DNA from: Oculatellaceae cyanobacterium bins.114
GTDB taxonomy: Bacteria; Cyanobacteriota; Cyanobacteriia; Elainellales; Elainellaceae
Reading direction: 5' to 3'
NCBI GenBank assembly: GCA_033764315.1
Contig: JANRJA010000075.1
Coordinates: forward strand, 64,001-128,000
DNA length: 64,000 bases
Shown here piece after piece: positions 41,752 through 55,041 of this stretch; the stretch's first letter is position 1; every line of letters begins with the position of its first letter. The position numbers and the translations under genes were made by a program. Below the pieces are notes generated by a model. It saw only the letters and a program-made list of their open reading frames with translations, did not search any database and had not been told where the DNA came from.

Positions 41752-41997
41752 CTAACGGGTACCGGAGCCTTGGCTACGATCAGGACCACCAATATTATCG
41801 GGTGGAACATAGGTAGAATCTTTGAGCTGGGACTGTGTCTTAGACAAGGTAGTTGCATCCACTGATTGAGGTGATTGAGGTTGAGAAGCAGCCAAAGCAG
41901 TCCCAGAAATAGCCAATTGCATACCAGTAACAATTGCAGCAATGCTCATGTATTTGAGGAAGGTGCTCATAGGACTGTTACCAGTGAATTTACTCAT
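41752..41997 (-). CDS. small secreted protein with C-terminal YVPPDNIGGPDRSQGSGTR motif
   Basis: signal-peptide-like segment ending TALA/A, low-complexity linker, motif at the extreme C-terminus; start may be 41970. Confidence 0.7.
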   Translation of the reverse strand: MSKFTGNSPMSTFLKYMSIAAIVTGMQLAISGTALAASQPQSPQSVDATTLSKTQSQLKDSTYVPPDNIGGPDRSQGSGTR

Positions 41998-43036
41998 CTA
42001 TCAGCTCAGTCTACTCACGCGGAAATTCAAGTGTCAGTATTTGCGCGGGATTTATGCAGGATTTTTACAAGAAGGGTAATTTGACTCAATTACCTTTATA
42101 AAAACAACACAGCTTCTTGGGAACTTCTCGGAAACAGAGAATTTTGAGTTGTTAGCCTATCTCAAACAGAAATTCTCCTAGAAACACAGTTAGTTAGTTT
42201 TTAGAGAGTTGATTATCTGAGAGAGTGAGTTAACAAAAATGTTTCTCACAACCCAAGAATTGCCTTGAAGCCTTGTCTCTCACTCTCTAGATTTCACTTA
42301 GCCTGATTCTAGTGATATCAGCAAAATTCTGAACAACTTCGGAATTTATCCAAACAATTAAACGAATTCTTGACGAACCTTAGATAGGTTCTAACTTAGA
42401 TTTCATAGAACAGCTTGTAATCTCTATCACAGGCTTTTGTGTTTTGAGTCGTTGAGAGAGGTAGGGTGAATGTAGGGGTCGATATAAATAGAGTTCCCTC
42501 AATCTACGAAATTTCTCGCAACCTTATCTTAAGAAATTATGTTAAACGTATTTTTTCATCTTTTCTTAAGAAATTTCTCTCTTTTGGAGAATAGTCTTCC
42601 CTAAAATTGGACTCTAACCATAATTTAAGGTTGAGCATTTGAGGGTATTAGATGGAATGCCTCAAGACTATAGCGTTAGTCACGATCATTAGGACTATAA
42701 AGGGTTTAAGCCCCTTGTCCTAACCTGGATGACTGTGGCTATACATCCCGGATTCGGCATCATTTTGGCAAAAGATAGCGCGATCGCCCCGTTCAGTGAG
42801 ATTACTATCCGTGAGAGAGGCGTACTCAATTTGAGTACGTAAAGCTTTCTACGAACGGCTTGGTCAGAATATGCAATGTGATGCTGTGTTAGATGCCACA
42901 AAAAGGCTGTAAAGCCTCTCTCTAACTGAATCTTCGGTTTCTATTTTTTATTAGGGTTAAGTAAAGGATTCGTAAATGTTGACATCAGTATGGGGTCAGT
43001 AACTGATCAATCAACTCCTATCCATGACCCATTGCT

Positions 43037-44665
43037 TTAAGCTTTTTCAGGCTCTTGCCCAGAAACAACGGGGGCGATCGCTCGTAAATCTAGCTCAGCA
43101 TGTTCACCCTGGACTTGCTGACAGTTCCACTCATTACGGAATAGCAGTACAGGACGTCCCCAACTGTCTTTAACAGTGACCGTGTTGAACAATCGACCGA
43201 CTTTGTTGAGTGCTTCCCAACCGCCCCCAACCCATCGCGCCACACTATAGGGTAAGGGATCAAGCAGGGTTTCAACCCCATATTCATTTCTTAGCCGAAA
43301 CTGCACCACTTCAAATTGCAGTTGCCCCACAGCAGCGAGAATCGGTTCTCGTCGAGCCTCGTCAGCCGAGTACATGATTTGCACGGCTCCCTCTTCGCGC
43401 AATTCGGTGACGCCCTTTTGAAACTGTTTGAATTTGGAAGGATTCGGGTTTCTCAAGTAAGCAAACAACTCTGGTGAGAAAGAGGGAATGCCTTCATATT
43501 CCAGTTTTTGCCCTGTGTAGATGGTGTCACCAATGGCAAACACGCCTGGGTTATTGAGACCAATGACATCTCCTGGATAAGCTTCATCTAGAGATTCGCG
43601 CCCTTGCCCAAACAGCTTTTGGGGGTGAGAAAGGCGCACCGTTTTGCCAGTGCGGGCATGACTGACTACCATGTCTTTTTCAAACTTGCCAGAGCATACC
43701 CGAATAAAAGCGACGCGATCGCGATGTTTGGGATCCATATTGGCTTGTAGTTTGAAGACAAATCCAGAGAAGTCAGGATAGGTTGGGTCGATTTCGCCCT
43801 TCGTGCTACGACGTCCCGCAGGTCTCAAGGCGTAGTCTAAAAATGCCTCTAAAAACAGCTCTACCCCAAAGTTGGTCATGGCACTGCCAAAAAACACAGG
43901 GGTCATCTTGCCAGCATGAACTAGGTCTAAGTCCAGTTCAGAGCCTGCCATTTCTAAAACTTCAAGCTCTTCCTTGAGTTGATAATAGAGGTCTTGTTCT
44001 AAGAGGTCTTCGATTCGGGGGTCGCCCAGATCAACAATGGTGTCGATCGCCTCTTTGCTGCCATGAGCAGCCCGCTCAAACAGGTGAATCTGTCGCTTGC
44101 GGCGGTCATATACTCCCTTAAAGCGATCGCCCATGCCAATCGGCCAATTAACCGCATAGGTTTGTAGCCCCAACTCTCGCTCAATTTCGTCCATCAACTC
44201 TAATGGGTCGCGTGCCGGACGATCGAGCTTGTTGAAGAAGGTAAAAATCGGCATCGACCGCATCCGGCAAACCTCAAAGAGTTTGCGGGTCTGAGGTTCT
44301 AACCCTTTGGCAGCATCTTCTAACATGACGGCATTATCTGCCGCTGCCAGGGTGCGATAGGTGTCTTCACTAAAGTCTTGGTGCCCAGGGGTATCCAGCA
44401 AGTTGATCTGAAACCCGCTGTAATCGAACTGCAACACAGTCGAGGTAATTGAGATTCCCCGCTGTTGCTCCATTTCCATCCAGTCTGAGGTGGCATGTCG
44501 CTGTGCCCGCCGCGCTTTGACTGCCCCTGCCTCATGAATGGCACCTCCATACAGCAAGAGTTTCTCGGTCAGCGTTGTCTTTCCAGCGTCTGGGTGCGAG
44601 ATGATGGCAAAATTCCGTCGTTTTTCAACGGCTTCCTGGAGTTCAGAGTCAAGTTCGGTAAGCAT
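43037..44665 (-). CDS. prfC: peptide chain release factor 3
   Basis: [34 protein letters not shown]; start set at MLTELDS. Confidence 0.98.
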   Translation of the reverse strand: MLTELDSELQEAVEKRRNFAIISHPDAGKTTLTEKLLLYGGAIHEAGAVKARRAQRHATSDWMEMEQQRGISITSTVLQFDYSGFQINLLDTPGHQDFSEDTYRTLAAADNAVMLEDAAKGLEPQTRKLFEVCRMRSMPIFTFFNKLDRPARDPLELMDEIERELGLQTYAVNWPIGMGDRFKGVYDRRKRQIHLFERAAHGSKEAIDTIVDLGDPRIEDLLEQDLYYQLKEELEVLEMAGSELDLDLVHAGKMTPVFFGSAMTNFGVELFLEAFLDYALRPAGRRSTKGEIDPTYPDFSGFVFKLQANMDPKHRDRVAFIRVCSGKFEKDMVVSHARTGKTVRLSHPQKLFGQGRESLDEAYPGDVIGLNNPGVFAIGDTIYTGQKLEYEGIPSFSPELFAYLRNPNPSKFKQFQKGVTELREEGAVQIMYSADEARREPILAAVGQLQFEVVQFRLRNEYGVETLLDPLPYSVARWVGGGWEALNKVGRLFNTVTVKDSWGRPVLLFRNEWNCQQVQGEHAELDLRAIAPVVSGQEPEKA

Positions 44666-44820
44666 TCCAGATTTAGCGGTAAGTCTATTTGAGAGGCGGA
44701 GAGGCTTAATGTAGATGAGCTTAAGCAATATTTTAAGGATAACGATAAAAGCTACAAGTGTCAGAATGTTGATTGATAGCTTTAGGATTGCAATTTTGTC
44801 TGAAGGATTGAGCCAGAGAC

Positions 44821-45171
44821 ATGATGGATGATTTAGAGCAACGCAAAATCTTGTCAGTGATTAGTCATGCGGCATTACTGCTCAGTTCTACAGTGGTGGC
44901 GATCGCGGTTCCTATTGTCATTTTGTTGATATCAACTGACCCAATCGTGCAGGTAAATGCTAGAGAGGCAATTAATTTCAGCATCAATCTGCTGATTTAT
45001 GGAGTCATTCTGGTGGTGTTAGCTATCTCCCTGATTGGTCTACCTGTGGCAATTTTGTTGGGGTGTGTTTTATTTGTGGCTAGTTTGATTCTCCCTATCA
45101 TTGCCATTGTTTCGACTGCCACTAACCCTGACACCCCCTATCGCTATCCATTTATTTGGCATATTGTCTAA
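44821..45171 (+). CDS. DUF4870 (Tic20-like) membrane protein
   Basis: SH...NAREAINF...YRYPF. Confidence 0.85.
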   Translation: MMDDLEQRKILSVISHAALLLSSTVVAIAVPIVILLISTDPIVQVNAREAINFSINLLIYGVILVVLAISLIGLPVAILLGCVLFVASLILPIIAIVSTATNPDTPYRYPFIWHIV

Positions 45172-45404
45172 AAAACTAGCCTCAAGAGTAGTTTGCTTCC
45201 GTTTTTGAACTACTCTATACCTGCGATCGCAATTTCTAGGCGTTATTAGAACGGCTCACGTTCCTCAATTAAATAAAGAATTAAATTAAAGCCTGACATG
45301 CCAGAGATCTCATAATTTGTAATGTTTTGAAGACGTTACATTCTCCCGCTAAATGAAAACTTCGAGTATGGTAGGCTCAAGCTTCATTTTGGTAGGAAAA
45401 GGGC

Positions 45405-46490
45405 ATGGCTAATATTGATTCAGCCCAGGCAACCCAACAAGTTTTAGAGATTGTTGATGGCTACATTCAAGCATTTCAACCACCGTTAACTCAAGCCTGC
45501 TTGACGCAAATTGTTGAGGCTGCTATTTCGCAGGCTATTCCTCAGTTAAAAGGGGTTTCGTTAAATGAAGCATCGACAGCCCTCTCGCAGACGGGACCTC
45601 AATTAAAAGAGATGGCGTTGAGTGAGGTATCAACCGCTATTTCGCAGGCTATTCCTCAGGTAAAAGGGGTTTCGTTGAATGAAGCATCGACGGCAATTTC
45701 TCAACTTAGAGAGATTTCATTAGATGAGGCGTCGATTAAACAGAAGATTTTGCAGGAAGTGATGGCGCGGTTTAATCCGCTGGCCGCTTTGAACAAGCAG
45801 GTCACTCCAGACACCTTGAAACTAGCCTCAACGATCCATCAGCAGATTAGCAATTTTACGCCTGAGCGGGGCGTGGCAGAGGCTTTGAATGTGTTGGACG
45901 CTTACATCCAGCAATACAAACCATCCCTCATACCTGCGGCGTTGTATCCGGTGGTTAAAACCATTTTGCCTCAAATAAAAGGGCTAAAACTAAACTCAGA
46001 GAGCCTAGAGCGATTGGCAACTCAAGCTATTTTCAAGTTCAGTCCAGAACTAGTACCTACTAAGATCCTGAGTCCTCAAGCTAAGGCGATCGCCCTGCTG
46101 GTGGCTAAACAAATTCAAAACTTTCAACCTCAAGAAGCTGTGCTCGGTGTTTTGAATGTGCTGGATGCTTACATGCAGCAAACCAGAATGACTCCAACCG
46201 AGGCAACGTTATATCAAATTGCGAAGCAGGTGATTCCTCAAATGGTCAAGATGGCGATGAGTGATGACCAAAAAGCGCAATTTGCTACCCAAGTGATGTT
46301 TCAGTTTCAAAAACGCCCCGGTCCCATTAAGTCTCCTAGTCAAGCTGCAAGAGACATTGCAGCAAAGTTGGTCAACGAGGTTGAAAATCTCCGGACAACC
46401 CGTGCTAAAGACATGGGGATGCTCAATATGACTCAACCTTTGGCTGTTGGTGATCTGGAAGTCAAAAGTGCGTTTGTGATTCAGCCGTAG
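45405..46490 (+). CDS. hypothetical helical repeat protein
   Basis: 361-aa ORF with three long repeats and nested 19-aa repeats. Confidence 0.75.
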   Translation: MANIDSAQATQQVLEIVDGYIQAFQPPLTQACLTQIVEAAISQAIPQLKGVSLNEASTALSQTGPQLKEMALSEVSTAISQAIPQVKGVSLNEASTAISQLREISLDEASIKQKILQEVMARFNPLAALNKQVTPDTLKLASTIHQQISNFTPERGVAEALNVLDAYIQQYKPSLIPAALYPVVKTILPQIKGLKLNSESLERLATQAIFKFSPELVPTKILSPQAKAIALLVAKQIQNFQPQEAVLGVLNVLDAYMQQTRMTPTEATLYQIAKQVIPQMVKMAMSDDQKAQFATQVMFQFQKRPGPIKSPSQAARDIAAKLVNEVENLRTTRAKDMGMLNMTQPLAVGDLEVKSAFVIQP

Positions 46491-46623
46491 TTAAAGGGAG
46501 TGGGGAGTAGGGAATAAGGGGGTGGAAACGTAAGACTTTAGAGATGCTGATGCGTGGCTAGATAGCCGTCCATACAACAGTCACATCTTTTGTGTCTACA
46601 AATAGAGGCAAGCTAAAGAAGGT

Positions 46624-47331
46624 ATGGAAACTTCTCAAAACCCAATTTCACAGAAACGCGGCTGTGAACTAGGCGATATTTGGAGCTATTCGGTTGATTT
46701 TGAAATTATTTTGGTTAGGGCAGACATCGAACAGGTTAACTTTGCCCTTGCTGAGATTTTTAATGGGCTGATTGAAGCTGACATTGATATACAGGAGTCA
46801 GGGGACAAACTACACGCTCTAGTCTTTCAATTTCAAGGGCACTCTTGGACTTCGTTTCTGTTTTTTACCCATCGCGATAATCTTGCTCAGAAGGTGTCAG
46901 AGCATCTAAAAACTAAATGTATTCATTTTGGATATGGTGATACGACAGGTTGGGCTGAGTACACCCTTTATCAGATAGGAGAACGAGCTGAAGCATACGC
47001 TTTTGGTACTAATTACAGCGAAGAAGAAGTGCCAGAATGGGCACAAGATACGGACGGTTTTCAAGATGAACCTGTCCATGAATTTAATCGTTCCTGGAAT
47101 CTCATTGTGACCACTTCAGATGAGTCTACTAGACACAAATTCTTCAGCGTCAAACGAAGAGCCACTAGCACAGAAATTCAAAACCCTGACCAGTTTTTAG
47201 ATACTCTCTTTAAGGAGCAGGATGCGTGGTTGCCAACTTTGAAATATTGGTTTTCGCCTGAATTTGATCCTGAACCTGACTCTAAATTATTTTTGCAAGT
47301 TAGTAAAATTGCTTACAAAGCAATTATTTGA
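46624..47331 (+). CDS. hypothetical acidic protein
   Basis: 235-aa ORF with GAAGG RBS-like sequence; no family recognised. Confidence 0.7.
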   Translation: METSQNPISQKRGCELGDIWSYSVDFEIILVRADIEQVNFALAEIFNGLIEADIDIQESGDKLHALVFQFQGHSWTSFLFFTHRDNLAQKVSEHLKTKCIHFGYGDTTGWAEYTLYQIGERAEAYAFGTNYSEEEVPEWAQDTDGFQDEPVHEFNRSWNLIVTTSDESTRHKFFSVKRRATSTEIQNPDQFLDTLFKEQDAWLPTLKYWFSPEFDPEPDSKLFLQVSKIAYKAII

Positions 47332-47441
47332 GCGTAAGGCTCAATAATTGTGATTGATATTGTGATTGATATCTGTTGAGGCGATCGCCCCAGGAAGAAG
47401 TGCTTCATGTCGCCCCCTGAAACGCTACACTCAGGAGTGCG

Positions 47442-48668
47442 ATGATTGCGACTCCTCTAGATTCTATGCCAGATTCTCAAGCGGTTAGTGCGGCTGTTGC
47501 CCGACTCTACGATACCTATCCGTTTCCACCAGAGCCGTTGCTGGATGAACCTCCTCCAGGTTACAACTGGCGGTGGAATTGGGTCGCAGCCTATCATTTT
47601 TGTACTGGACAAAAACCAACCCGTGAAGATATTCGGATCTTGGATGCGGGCTGTGGCACCGGGGTTGGCACTGAATATCTGGTTCACCTCAATCCGCTGG
47701 CTGATGTCGTTGGGATTGACCTCAGTGCGGGGGCATTGGCCGTTGCCGCAGAACGCTGTCAACGGTCAGGGGCAAATCGAGTTCAGTTTCATCACCTCAG
47801 TCTCTACGATGTCGAGCAAGTTCATGGCACCTTTGACCTGATTAACTGTGTCGGTGTGTTGCATCATTTGCCCGATCCGATTCGTGGTATTCAAGCATTG
47901 GCTCCCAAGCTTGCACCAGGTGGCTTGATGCATATCTTTGTCTACGCCGAGTTGGGGCGTTGGGAGATTCAACTGATGCAGCAGGCGATCGCCCTCCTTC
48001 AGGGTGATCAACGGGGAGATTATCGTCAGGGTGTCAAAATTGGACGAGAAATTTTTGCGTCGCTGCCGCCAGATAATCGATTGGTAAAACGTGAACAGGA
48101 ACGGTGGTCGCTAGAAAATCAGCGAGACGAGTGCTTTGCTGATATGTATGTGCATCCTCAGGAGACGGACTATAACATCAATACCTTATTTGACTTTATT
48201 GATGCCTCTGGTTTGGAGTTCATTGGTTTTTCCAATCCGCGTGTATGGGATCTGGAACGATTGATTGGCAAATCACCAGAGTTGATGGCACAGGCCCAAG
48301 GGTTGAGCGATCGCCAACGCTATCGGTTGATTGAGTTGCTCGATCCCTCTGCTGTGACCCATTATGAGTTTTTTCTAGGACGCCAGCCTTTACCCAAAGC
48401 TGATTGGTCATCGGATGAGGCACTTTTGAACGCTATTCCAGAGCGGCACCCTTGCATGGACGGGTGGGATAGCCGTTGTCTATTTAACGACGACTATCAA
48501 CTTGTCAACCTGACTGAAATCGAGTGGCAGTTTCTCAAAGCCTGTGACCAAAATCAGGCAAAGTATACCGTGCAAGAAATTTTCCTGGATGTGCCGCTGG
48601 GGTTAGAAGGAGTGCGATCGCTCCTCAAACAACACCTGATTGTGTTGACTCCAACAAAAAATAATTGA
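47442..48668 (+). CDS. class I SAM-dependent methyltransferase upstream of atp1
   Basis: ILDAGCGTG, GVLHHL, ADMYVHPQE. Confidence 0.9.
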   Translation: MIATPLDSMPDSQAVSAAVARLYDTYPFPPEPLLDEPPPGYNWRWNWVAAYHFCTGQKPTREDIRILDAGCGTGVGTEYLVHLNPLADVVGIDLSAGALAVAAERCQRSGANRVQFHHLSLYDVEQVHGTFDLINCVGVLHHLPDPIRGIQALAPKLAPGGLMHIFVYAELGRWEIQLMQQAIALLQGDQRGDYRQGVKIGREIFASLPPDNRLVKREQERWSLENQRDECFADMYVHPQETDYNINTLFDFIDASGLEFIGFSNPRVWDLERLIGKSPELMAQAQGLSDRQRYRLIELLDPSAVTHYEFFLGRQPLPKADWSSDEALLNAIPERHPCMDGWDSRCLFNDDYQLVNLTEIEWQFLKACDQNQAKYTVQEIFLDVPLGLEGVRSLLKQHLIVLTPTKNN

Positions 48669-48723
48669 ATTTCTTCAAATTCAATGTCGTTAAGTATTGT
48701 TACCTGTCAGTGATATGATCATC

Positions 48724-49236
48724 ATGGCTAATCAAGAACAGCCAACGGTTCATCAACAACAGCCAACACTCTGGACAGGTTCTAAATCTGTGAACTCACC
48801 AGAATCTCCTCTCGAAACTACTCCGACTGCGGAAGTGGAAGTATCTGAATCTGGCACCTCTTTGCCAGAGGCCGATCCATCTATGCAGGAATATCACAAG
48901 CTTCAGGACGATTTACTGAAAGCTACCCTTGTCATGACTGGGGTCGTCTTCATTTCTGTTTGGCTTTTTTATTCCTTAAACATTGCTCTGAATTATCTGA
49001 TTGGAGCGTGCACAGGTGTGGTTTACTTGAGAATGTTGGCTAGGAATGTAGAGCGGCTGGGTAGGGAACAGCAAAGTCTGAGTAAAGCCCGACTTGCCCT
49101 ATTGATTGGAGTTATTTTAGTCGCATCCCGTTGGGATCAGCTTAAAATCATGCCAATTTTTTTAGGATTCCTCACCTATAAGGCTGCTGTCATCTTCTAC
49201 ATGCTACGAACTGCTCTATTGCCTGATTCCAATTAG
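48724..49236 (+). CDS. atp1: ATP synthase assembly protein I (Atp1/UncI)
   Basis: [22 protein letters not shown]; first gene of the atp operon; start uncertain. Confidence 0.88.
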   Translation: MANQEQPTVHQQQPTLWTGSKSVNSPESPLETTPTAEVEVSESGTSLPEADPSMQEYHKLQDDLLKATLVMTGVVFISVWLFYSLNIALNYLIGACTGVVYLRMLARNVERLGREQQSLSKARLALLIGVILVASRWDQLKIMPIFLGFLTYKAAVIFYMLRTALLPDSN

Positions 49237-49285
49237 ATTCAGGTTATCCTAGCACTCTTTCAAGATTCTGGGGAAACCTTCTCGC

Positions 49286-50050
49286 ATGGAAATGTTGAAT
49301 GTTTTAAATGCTGTCAACGCCCTGCCCCTAGCTGAGTTAGAGGTTGGTAAGCACTTTTACTGGGAGATTGGCAACCTTAAACTGCACGGGCAAGTGTTTC
49401 TCACAGCCTGGTTTGCGATTGGGTTGCTATTGGTCGCCTCTATCTTAGCGACTCGAAATATTCAGCGTGTCCCCTCAGGAGCTCAAAACTTGATGGAGTA
49501 CGCGCTGGAGTTTATCCGCGACCTGGCAAAGACCAATATCGGCGAAAAAGACTACCGACCCTGGGTTCCTTTTATTGGAACACTGTTCTTGTTTATTTTC
49601 GTGTCTAACTGGTCAGGAGCTTTAGTGCCTTGGCGTCTGATCAAACTCCCTGAAGGAGAATTGGCAGCACCAACGAGTGATATCAATACGACAGTGGCGT
49701 TGGCACTACTGACTTCTCTGGCATATTTTTATGCCGGTTTTAGCAAGAAAGGATTGGGATATTTTGGCAATTATGTCCAACCCGTTGCTTTCATGCTTCC
49801 CTTTAAAATCATTGAAGATTTTACCAAGCCCCTCTCACTAAGTTTCCGTTTATTTGGAAACATTTTGGCTGATGAATTAGTGGTTGGGGTACTTGTTCTT
49901 CTAGTTCCTTTGTTTGTCCCGCTGCCAGTAATGGCACTCGGTTTATTTACCAGTGCAATTCAGGCGTTGATCTTTGCAACTTTGGCGGCGGCTTACATCG
50001 GTGAAGCGATGGAAGAACATCATGGCGAAGAGCATGAGGAACACCATTAA
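49286..50050 (+). CDS. atpB: ATP synthase F0 subunit a (cyanobacterial atpI)
   Basis: [22 protein letters not shown]. Confidence 0.98.
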   Translation: MEMLNVLNAVNALPLAELEVGKHFYWEIGNLKLHGQVFLTAWFAIGLLLVASILATRNIQRVPSGAQNLMEYALEFIRDLAKTNIGEKDYRPWVPFIGTLFLFIFVSNWSGALVPWRLIKLPEGELAAPTSDINTTVALALLTSLAYFYAGFSKKGLGYFGNYVQPVAFMLPFKIIEDFTKPLSLSFRLFGNILADELVVGVLVLLVPLFVPLPVMALGLFTSAIQALIFATLAAAYIGEAMEEHHGEEHEEHH

Positions 50051-50162
50051 GTGTCCCTCAGTGGGGTGAATGTTAGGCATCCCCCAGGTTTCTAAAGAGG
50101 TTCAGAGTTTATTTGTTGTCTTCTCAGACAGCGGTGAGTCTGGAACTCGGTTAAGCGTGTGA

Positions 50163-50471
<309 letters not shown>

Positions 50472-50485
50472 GTCCGGGTTCTTCT

Positions 50486-50514
50486 GTAGAGGCGTTCCAT
50501 TGGAACGTCTCTGC
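50486..50514. repeat. REP-like palindrome GTAGAGGCGTTCCA-T-TGGAACGTCTCTGC
   Basis: near-perfect hairpin with GTAG end directly after the subunit c gene. Confidence 0.75.
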
Positions 50515-50587
50515 CCTATGAGTTGTAAGGATTAAATTTTGGTGTCTTGTCATTGTCACCCCGCATGGAAGTAGGGGTTAATTCACT

Positions 50588-51079
50588 ATGATTCATTGGA
50601 CGATCTTGCTAGCTGCTGAGACTGCTGCCGAAGAGGGCGGGGGTGGGTTGTTTGATCTGGATGCGACGTTGCCCTTAATGGCGCTCCAATTCCTCATCTT
50701 GGTTGTGCTCTTAAACATTGTTTTCTACAAACCACTGGGCAAGGCATTGGACGATCGCGACAACTACATTCGGACTAATCTGACGGATGCACGTGAGCGG
50801 TTGTCAAAAGCAGAGAATTTAGCAAAGCAATATGAGCAAGAATTGACTGAGACTCGTCGGCAGTCTCAAGCGGTTATTGCGACAGCACAGGAAGACGCTA
50901 AAAAAATAGCGGCCGATAAAATGGCTGAGGCTCAGCGAGAGGCACAAGCTCAGCGAGAGCAGGCTCAGCAAGAGCTAGAGCAGCAAAAGCAAGAGGCGAT
51001 GCGATCGCTTGAGCAACAGGTAGAATCCCTCAGCCGTCAAATTCTTGACAAGCTGTTGGGGGGTGTCTCTATTGGGTAG
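50588..51079 (+). CDS. atpG: ATP synthase F0 subunit b'
   Basis: [18 protein letters not shown]. Confidence 0.96.
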   Translation: MIHWTILLAAETAAEEGGGGLFDLDATLPLMALQFLILVVLLNIVFYKPLGKALDDRDNYIRTNLTDARERLSKAENLAKQYEQELTETRRQSQAVIATAQEDAKKIAADKMAEAQREAQAQREQAQQELEQQKQEAMRSLEQQVESLSRQILDKLLGGVSIG

Positions 51080-51135
51080 ACCGATGAACCCCGTCGAAGG
51101 TTAGCAATCATCCAGCGCAGTTAGAGAAAGAAGTC

Positions 51136-51690
51136 ATGGAGACAGTGTTATTACTAGCCGTAGAAGCCGCCGCTGATTTTTCAGAAGCAGCTGAAGGAGG
51201 CGGTTTCGGAATCAATTCCGATATTCTTGAAACCAACCTGATCAATCTTCTGATTATTATCGGTGTTTTAGTTTATTTCGGTCGTGGTTTCTTGGGCAAA
51301 ACTCTGGGCGATCGCCGAGCCAAAATTGAATCTGCGATTGAAGATGCCGAGAAACGCAAAAAAGAAGCTGCGGCTGCATTAGCTGATCAGCAACAAAAGT
51401 TGGCTCAAGCCCAAGCTGAGGCAAATCGCATTCGAGCCGCTGCAGAAGAGAGTGCTAAGGCTGCAAGAGCCGCTATTTTAGCTCAAGCCGAACAAGACAT
51501 TGAACGGATGAAAGCCACTGCGGCGCAAGACTTAAGTTCGCAACAAGAGCGTGTTATCCGTGAGTTGCGCCAGCGAGTGGTGGCATTAGCTATGCAGCAG
51601 GTTGAGCAGCGATTGCAATCAGGCTTAAGTTCTGATGCTCAACAGCAGTTAATCGAGCGGAGTATGGCAATGTTAGGAGGAGTCCGATGA
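51136..51690 (+). CDS. atpF: ATP synthase F0 subunit b
   Basis: DILETNLINL. Confidence 0.96.
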   Translation: METVLLLAVEAAADFSEAAEGGGFGINSDILETNLINLLIIIGVLVYFGRGFLGKTLGDRRAKIESAIEDAEKRKKEAAAALADQQQKLAQAQAEANRIRAAAEESAKAARAAILAQAEQDIERMKATAAQDLSSQQERVIRELRQRVVALAMQQVEQRLQSGLSSDAQQQLIERSMAMLGGVR

Positions 51691-52244
51691 GCGATAATCT
51701 AGTGGCTTCTCAGATTTTAGAACCCTATGCCAAAGCATTGATGTCCGTCGCTCAATCTAACGACTTGGTTGACCGATTTGGGGAAGATGTCAATTTTCTG
51801 TTGGACTTGCTGAAACAGTCCTCAGAACTTGGAGATTTCCTGGCAAATCCGCTACTCAGCGCAGACGCCAAGAAGAGTGTGTTGACTCAACTGGCATCTG
51901 AAACAGTTCACCCCTTTGCGATGAACTTTTTGCGGGTCTTGGTTGATCGCCGCCGCATTGCTTTTCTGGGTGGAGTTTGTCAACAATATCAAGCACTGTT
52001 GCGTCAGTTGAGGCAGACAGTGCTGGCAGATGTCACATCAGCGGTTGAACTCAACGATAGTCAAAAAGAATCCATTCGACACAAGGTGGTCGAGTTAACG
52101 GGTGCTCAACGAGTTGAGTTGGATACACGCATTGATCCAAATTTAATTGGTGGTGTGATTATTAAAGTTGGTTCTCAGGTGATTGATGCGAGTTTGCGCG
52201 GTCAGTTGCGGCGCATTGGCATTCGCTTGAACAGCGCAGCCTGA
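51687..52244 (+). CDS. atpH: ATP synthase F1 subunit delta (cyanobacterial atpD)
   Basis: PYAKAL, IDPNLIGG, IDASLRGQL. Confidence 0.96.
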   Translation: MSDNLVASQILEPYAKALMSVAQSNDLVDRFGEDVNFLLDLLKQSSELGDFLANPLLSADAKKSVLTQLASETVHPFAMNFLRVLVDRRRIAFLGGVCQQYQALLRQLRQTVLADVTSAVELNDSQKESIRHKVVELTGAQRVELDTRIDPNLIGGVIIKVGSQVIDASLRGQLRRIGIRLNSAA

Positions 52245-52257
52245 CGTTTTAAGTTAA

Positions 52258-53835
<1,578 letters not shown>

Positions 53836-53846
53836 CAGTGTCCTTT

Positions 53847-53876
53847 GTGGGGGCATGGCGGTGCCATGCCCCTGAC
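53847..53876. repeat. REP-like palindrome GGGGCATGGC-GGT-GCCATGCCCC
   Basis: perfect 10-bp stem between the alpha and gamma genes. Confidence 0.75.
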
Positions 53877-53907
53877 AGCAGATTAATCTCTTACTTCCCA
53901 CAGCACT

Positions 53908-54858
53908 ATGGCTAACTTAAAAGCAATTCGCGATCGCATTCAGTCGGTCAAGAATACTAAGAAAATTACAGAAGCAATGCGCTTGGTAGCGGCTGCAAAA
54001 GTGCGTCGTGCTCAAGAGCAAGTCACTGCTACTCGACCTTTTGCCGATCGACTGGCACAGGTGCTCTATAGCTTGCAAACCCGTCTGCGGTTTGAAGATG
54101 CTGACTTGCCTCTGTTAAAGAAGCGAGATGTGCAAACGGTTGGTATTTTGGTAATTTCGGGCGATCGCGGCTTGTGCGGTGGCTATAATTCCAACGTGAT
54201 TCGGCGAGCTGAAGCACGGGCTAAAGAGCTGAAAGCTGAAGGTCTAGATTATCAGTTTGTCCTCGTCGGCCGAAAGGCAACTCAATACTTCCAACGGCGC
54301 GAGCAACCTGTCAGCGCGACTTTTACTGGGCTAGAGCAAGTACCGACTGCCGCTGAGGCGTCCAAAATTGCTGATGAGCTGCTTTCTTTGTTTTTGTCAG
54401 AGACAGTCGATCGCGTGGAATTGGTTTACACCAAATTTGTCTCGCTGGTGAGTTCTCGTCCTGTTATTCAGACTCTGCTACCGCTTGACCCACAGGGAAT
54501 GGAACCCAAGGATGATGAAATCTTCCGCCTCACATCTCGTGGCGGTGATTTTCAAGTCGAACGGCAACGGGTTACAAGCACTGTGCAAAATACCTTGCCT
54601 CAAGACATGATTTTTGAGCAAGACCCTGTGCAAATTTTGGATGCGTTGTTGCCGCTTTACCTGAATAACCAGCTTCTGCGGGCACTTCAGGAATCAGCCG
54701 CCAGTGAACTTGCTGCCCGGATGACAGCCATGAATAACGCCAGTGACAACGCTAAAGATTTAATTAGCACGTTGACACTGTCTTACAACAAGGCACGTCA
54801 GGCAGCCATTACTCAAGAAATTCTTGAGGTGGTTGGTGGTGCAAACGCCCTGAAATAA
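53908..54858 (+). CDS. atpC: ATP synthase F1 subunit gamma
   Basis: [29 protein letters not shown]. Confidence 0.98.
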   Translation: MANLKAIRDRIQSVKNTKKITEAMRLVAAAKVRRAQEQVTATRPFADRLAQVLYSLQTRLRFEDADLPLLKKRDVQTVGILVISGDRGLCGGYNSNVIRRAEARAKELKAEGLDYQFVLVGRKATQYFQRREQPVSATFTGLEQVPTAAEASKIADELLSLFLSETVDRVELVYTKFVSLVSSRPVIQTLLPLDPQGMEPKDDEIFRLTSRGGDFQVERQRVTSTVQNTLPQDMIFEQDPVQILDALLPLYLNNQLLRALQESAASELAARMTAMNNASDNAKDLISTLTLSYNKARQAAITQEILEVVGGANALK

Positions 54859-54885
54859 AACTTGCAGCAAGTATTAACTTGAAGA

Positions 54886-54929
54886 ACCCTGGAAAAGCCC
54901 TTGTTTGAGGCTTGCCGGGGTTTTTGTTT
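54886..54929 (+). terminator. intrinsic terminator of the atp operon
   Basis: ACCCTGG..AAGCC...GGCTT.CCGGGGT hairpin followed by a T tract. Confidence 0.7.
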
Positions 54930-54942
54930 GAGGATTGAAAAG

Positions 54943-55021
54943 ATTGTTCAATGCCCATTACCCACTCAACCCCTTATAGATAACCTTTCGGCAGTTGGTG
55001 TGCATGGGCATATTGGTAGAC
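54943..55021 (-). other. degenerate attC-like hairpin downstream of the YjaA-like gene
   Basis: minus strand GTCTACC..ATGCCCAT-G-CAC...GGGTA-ATGGGCAT: 8-bp arms with an unpaired G. Confidence 0.4.
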
Positions 55022-55041
55022 TGTACTTACTGAGTCTCACC

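Noticed and set aside
46540..46570. attC-like right end upstream of the 46624 hypothetical gene
   Set aside because: No GTT core, no partner arm and no downstream element.
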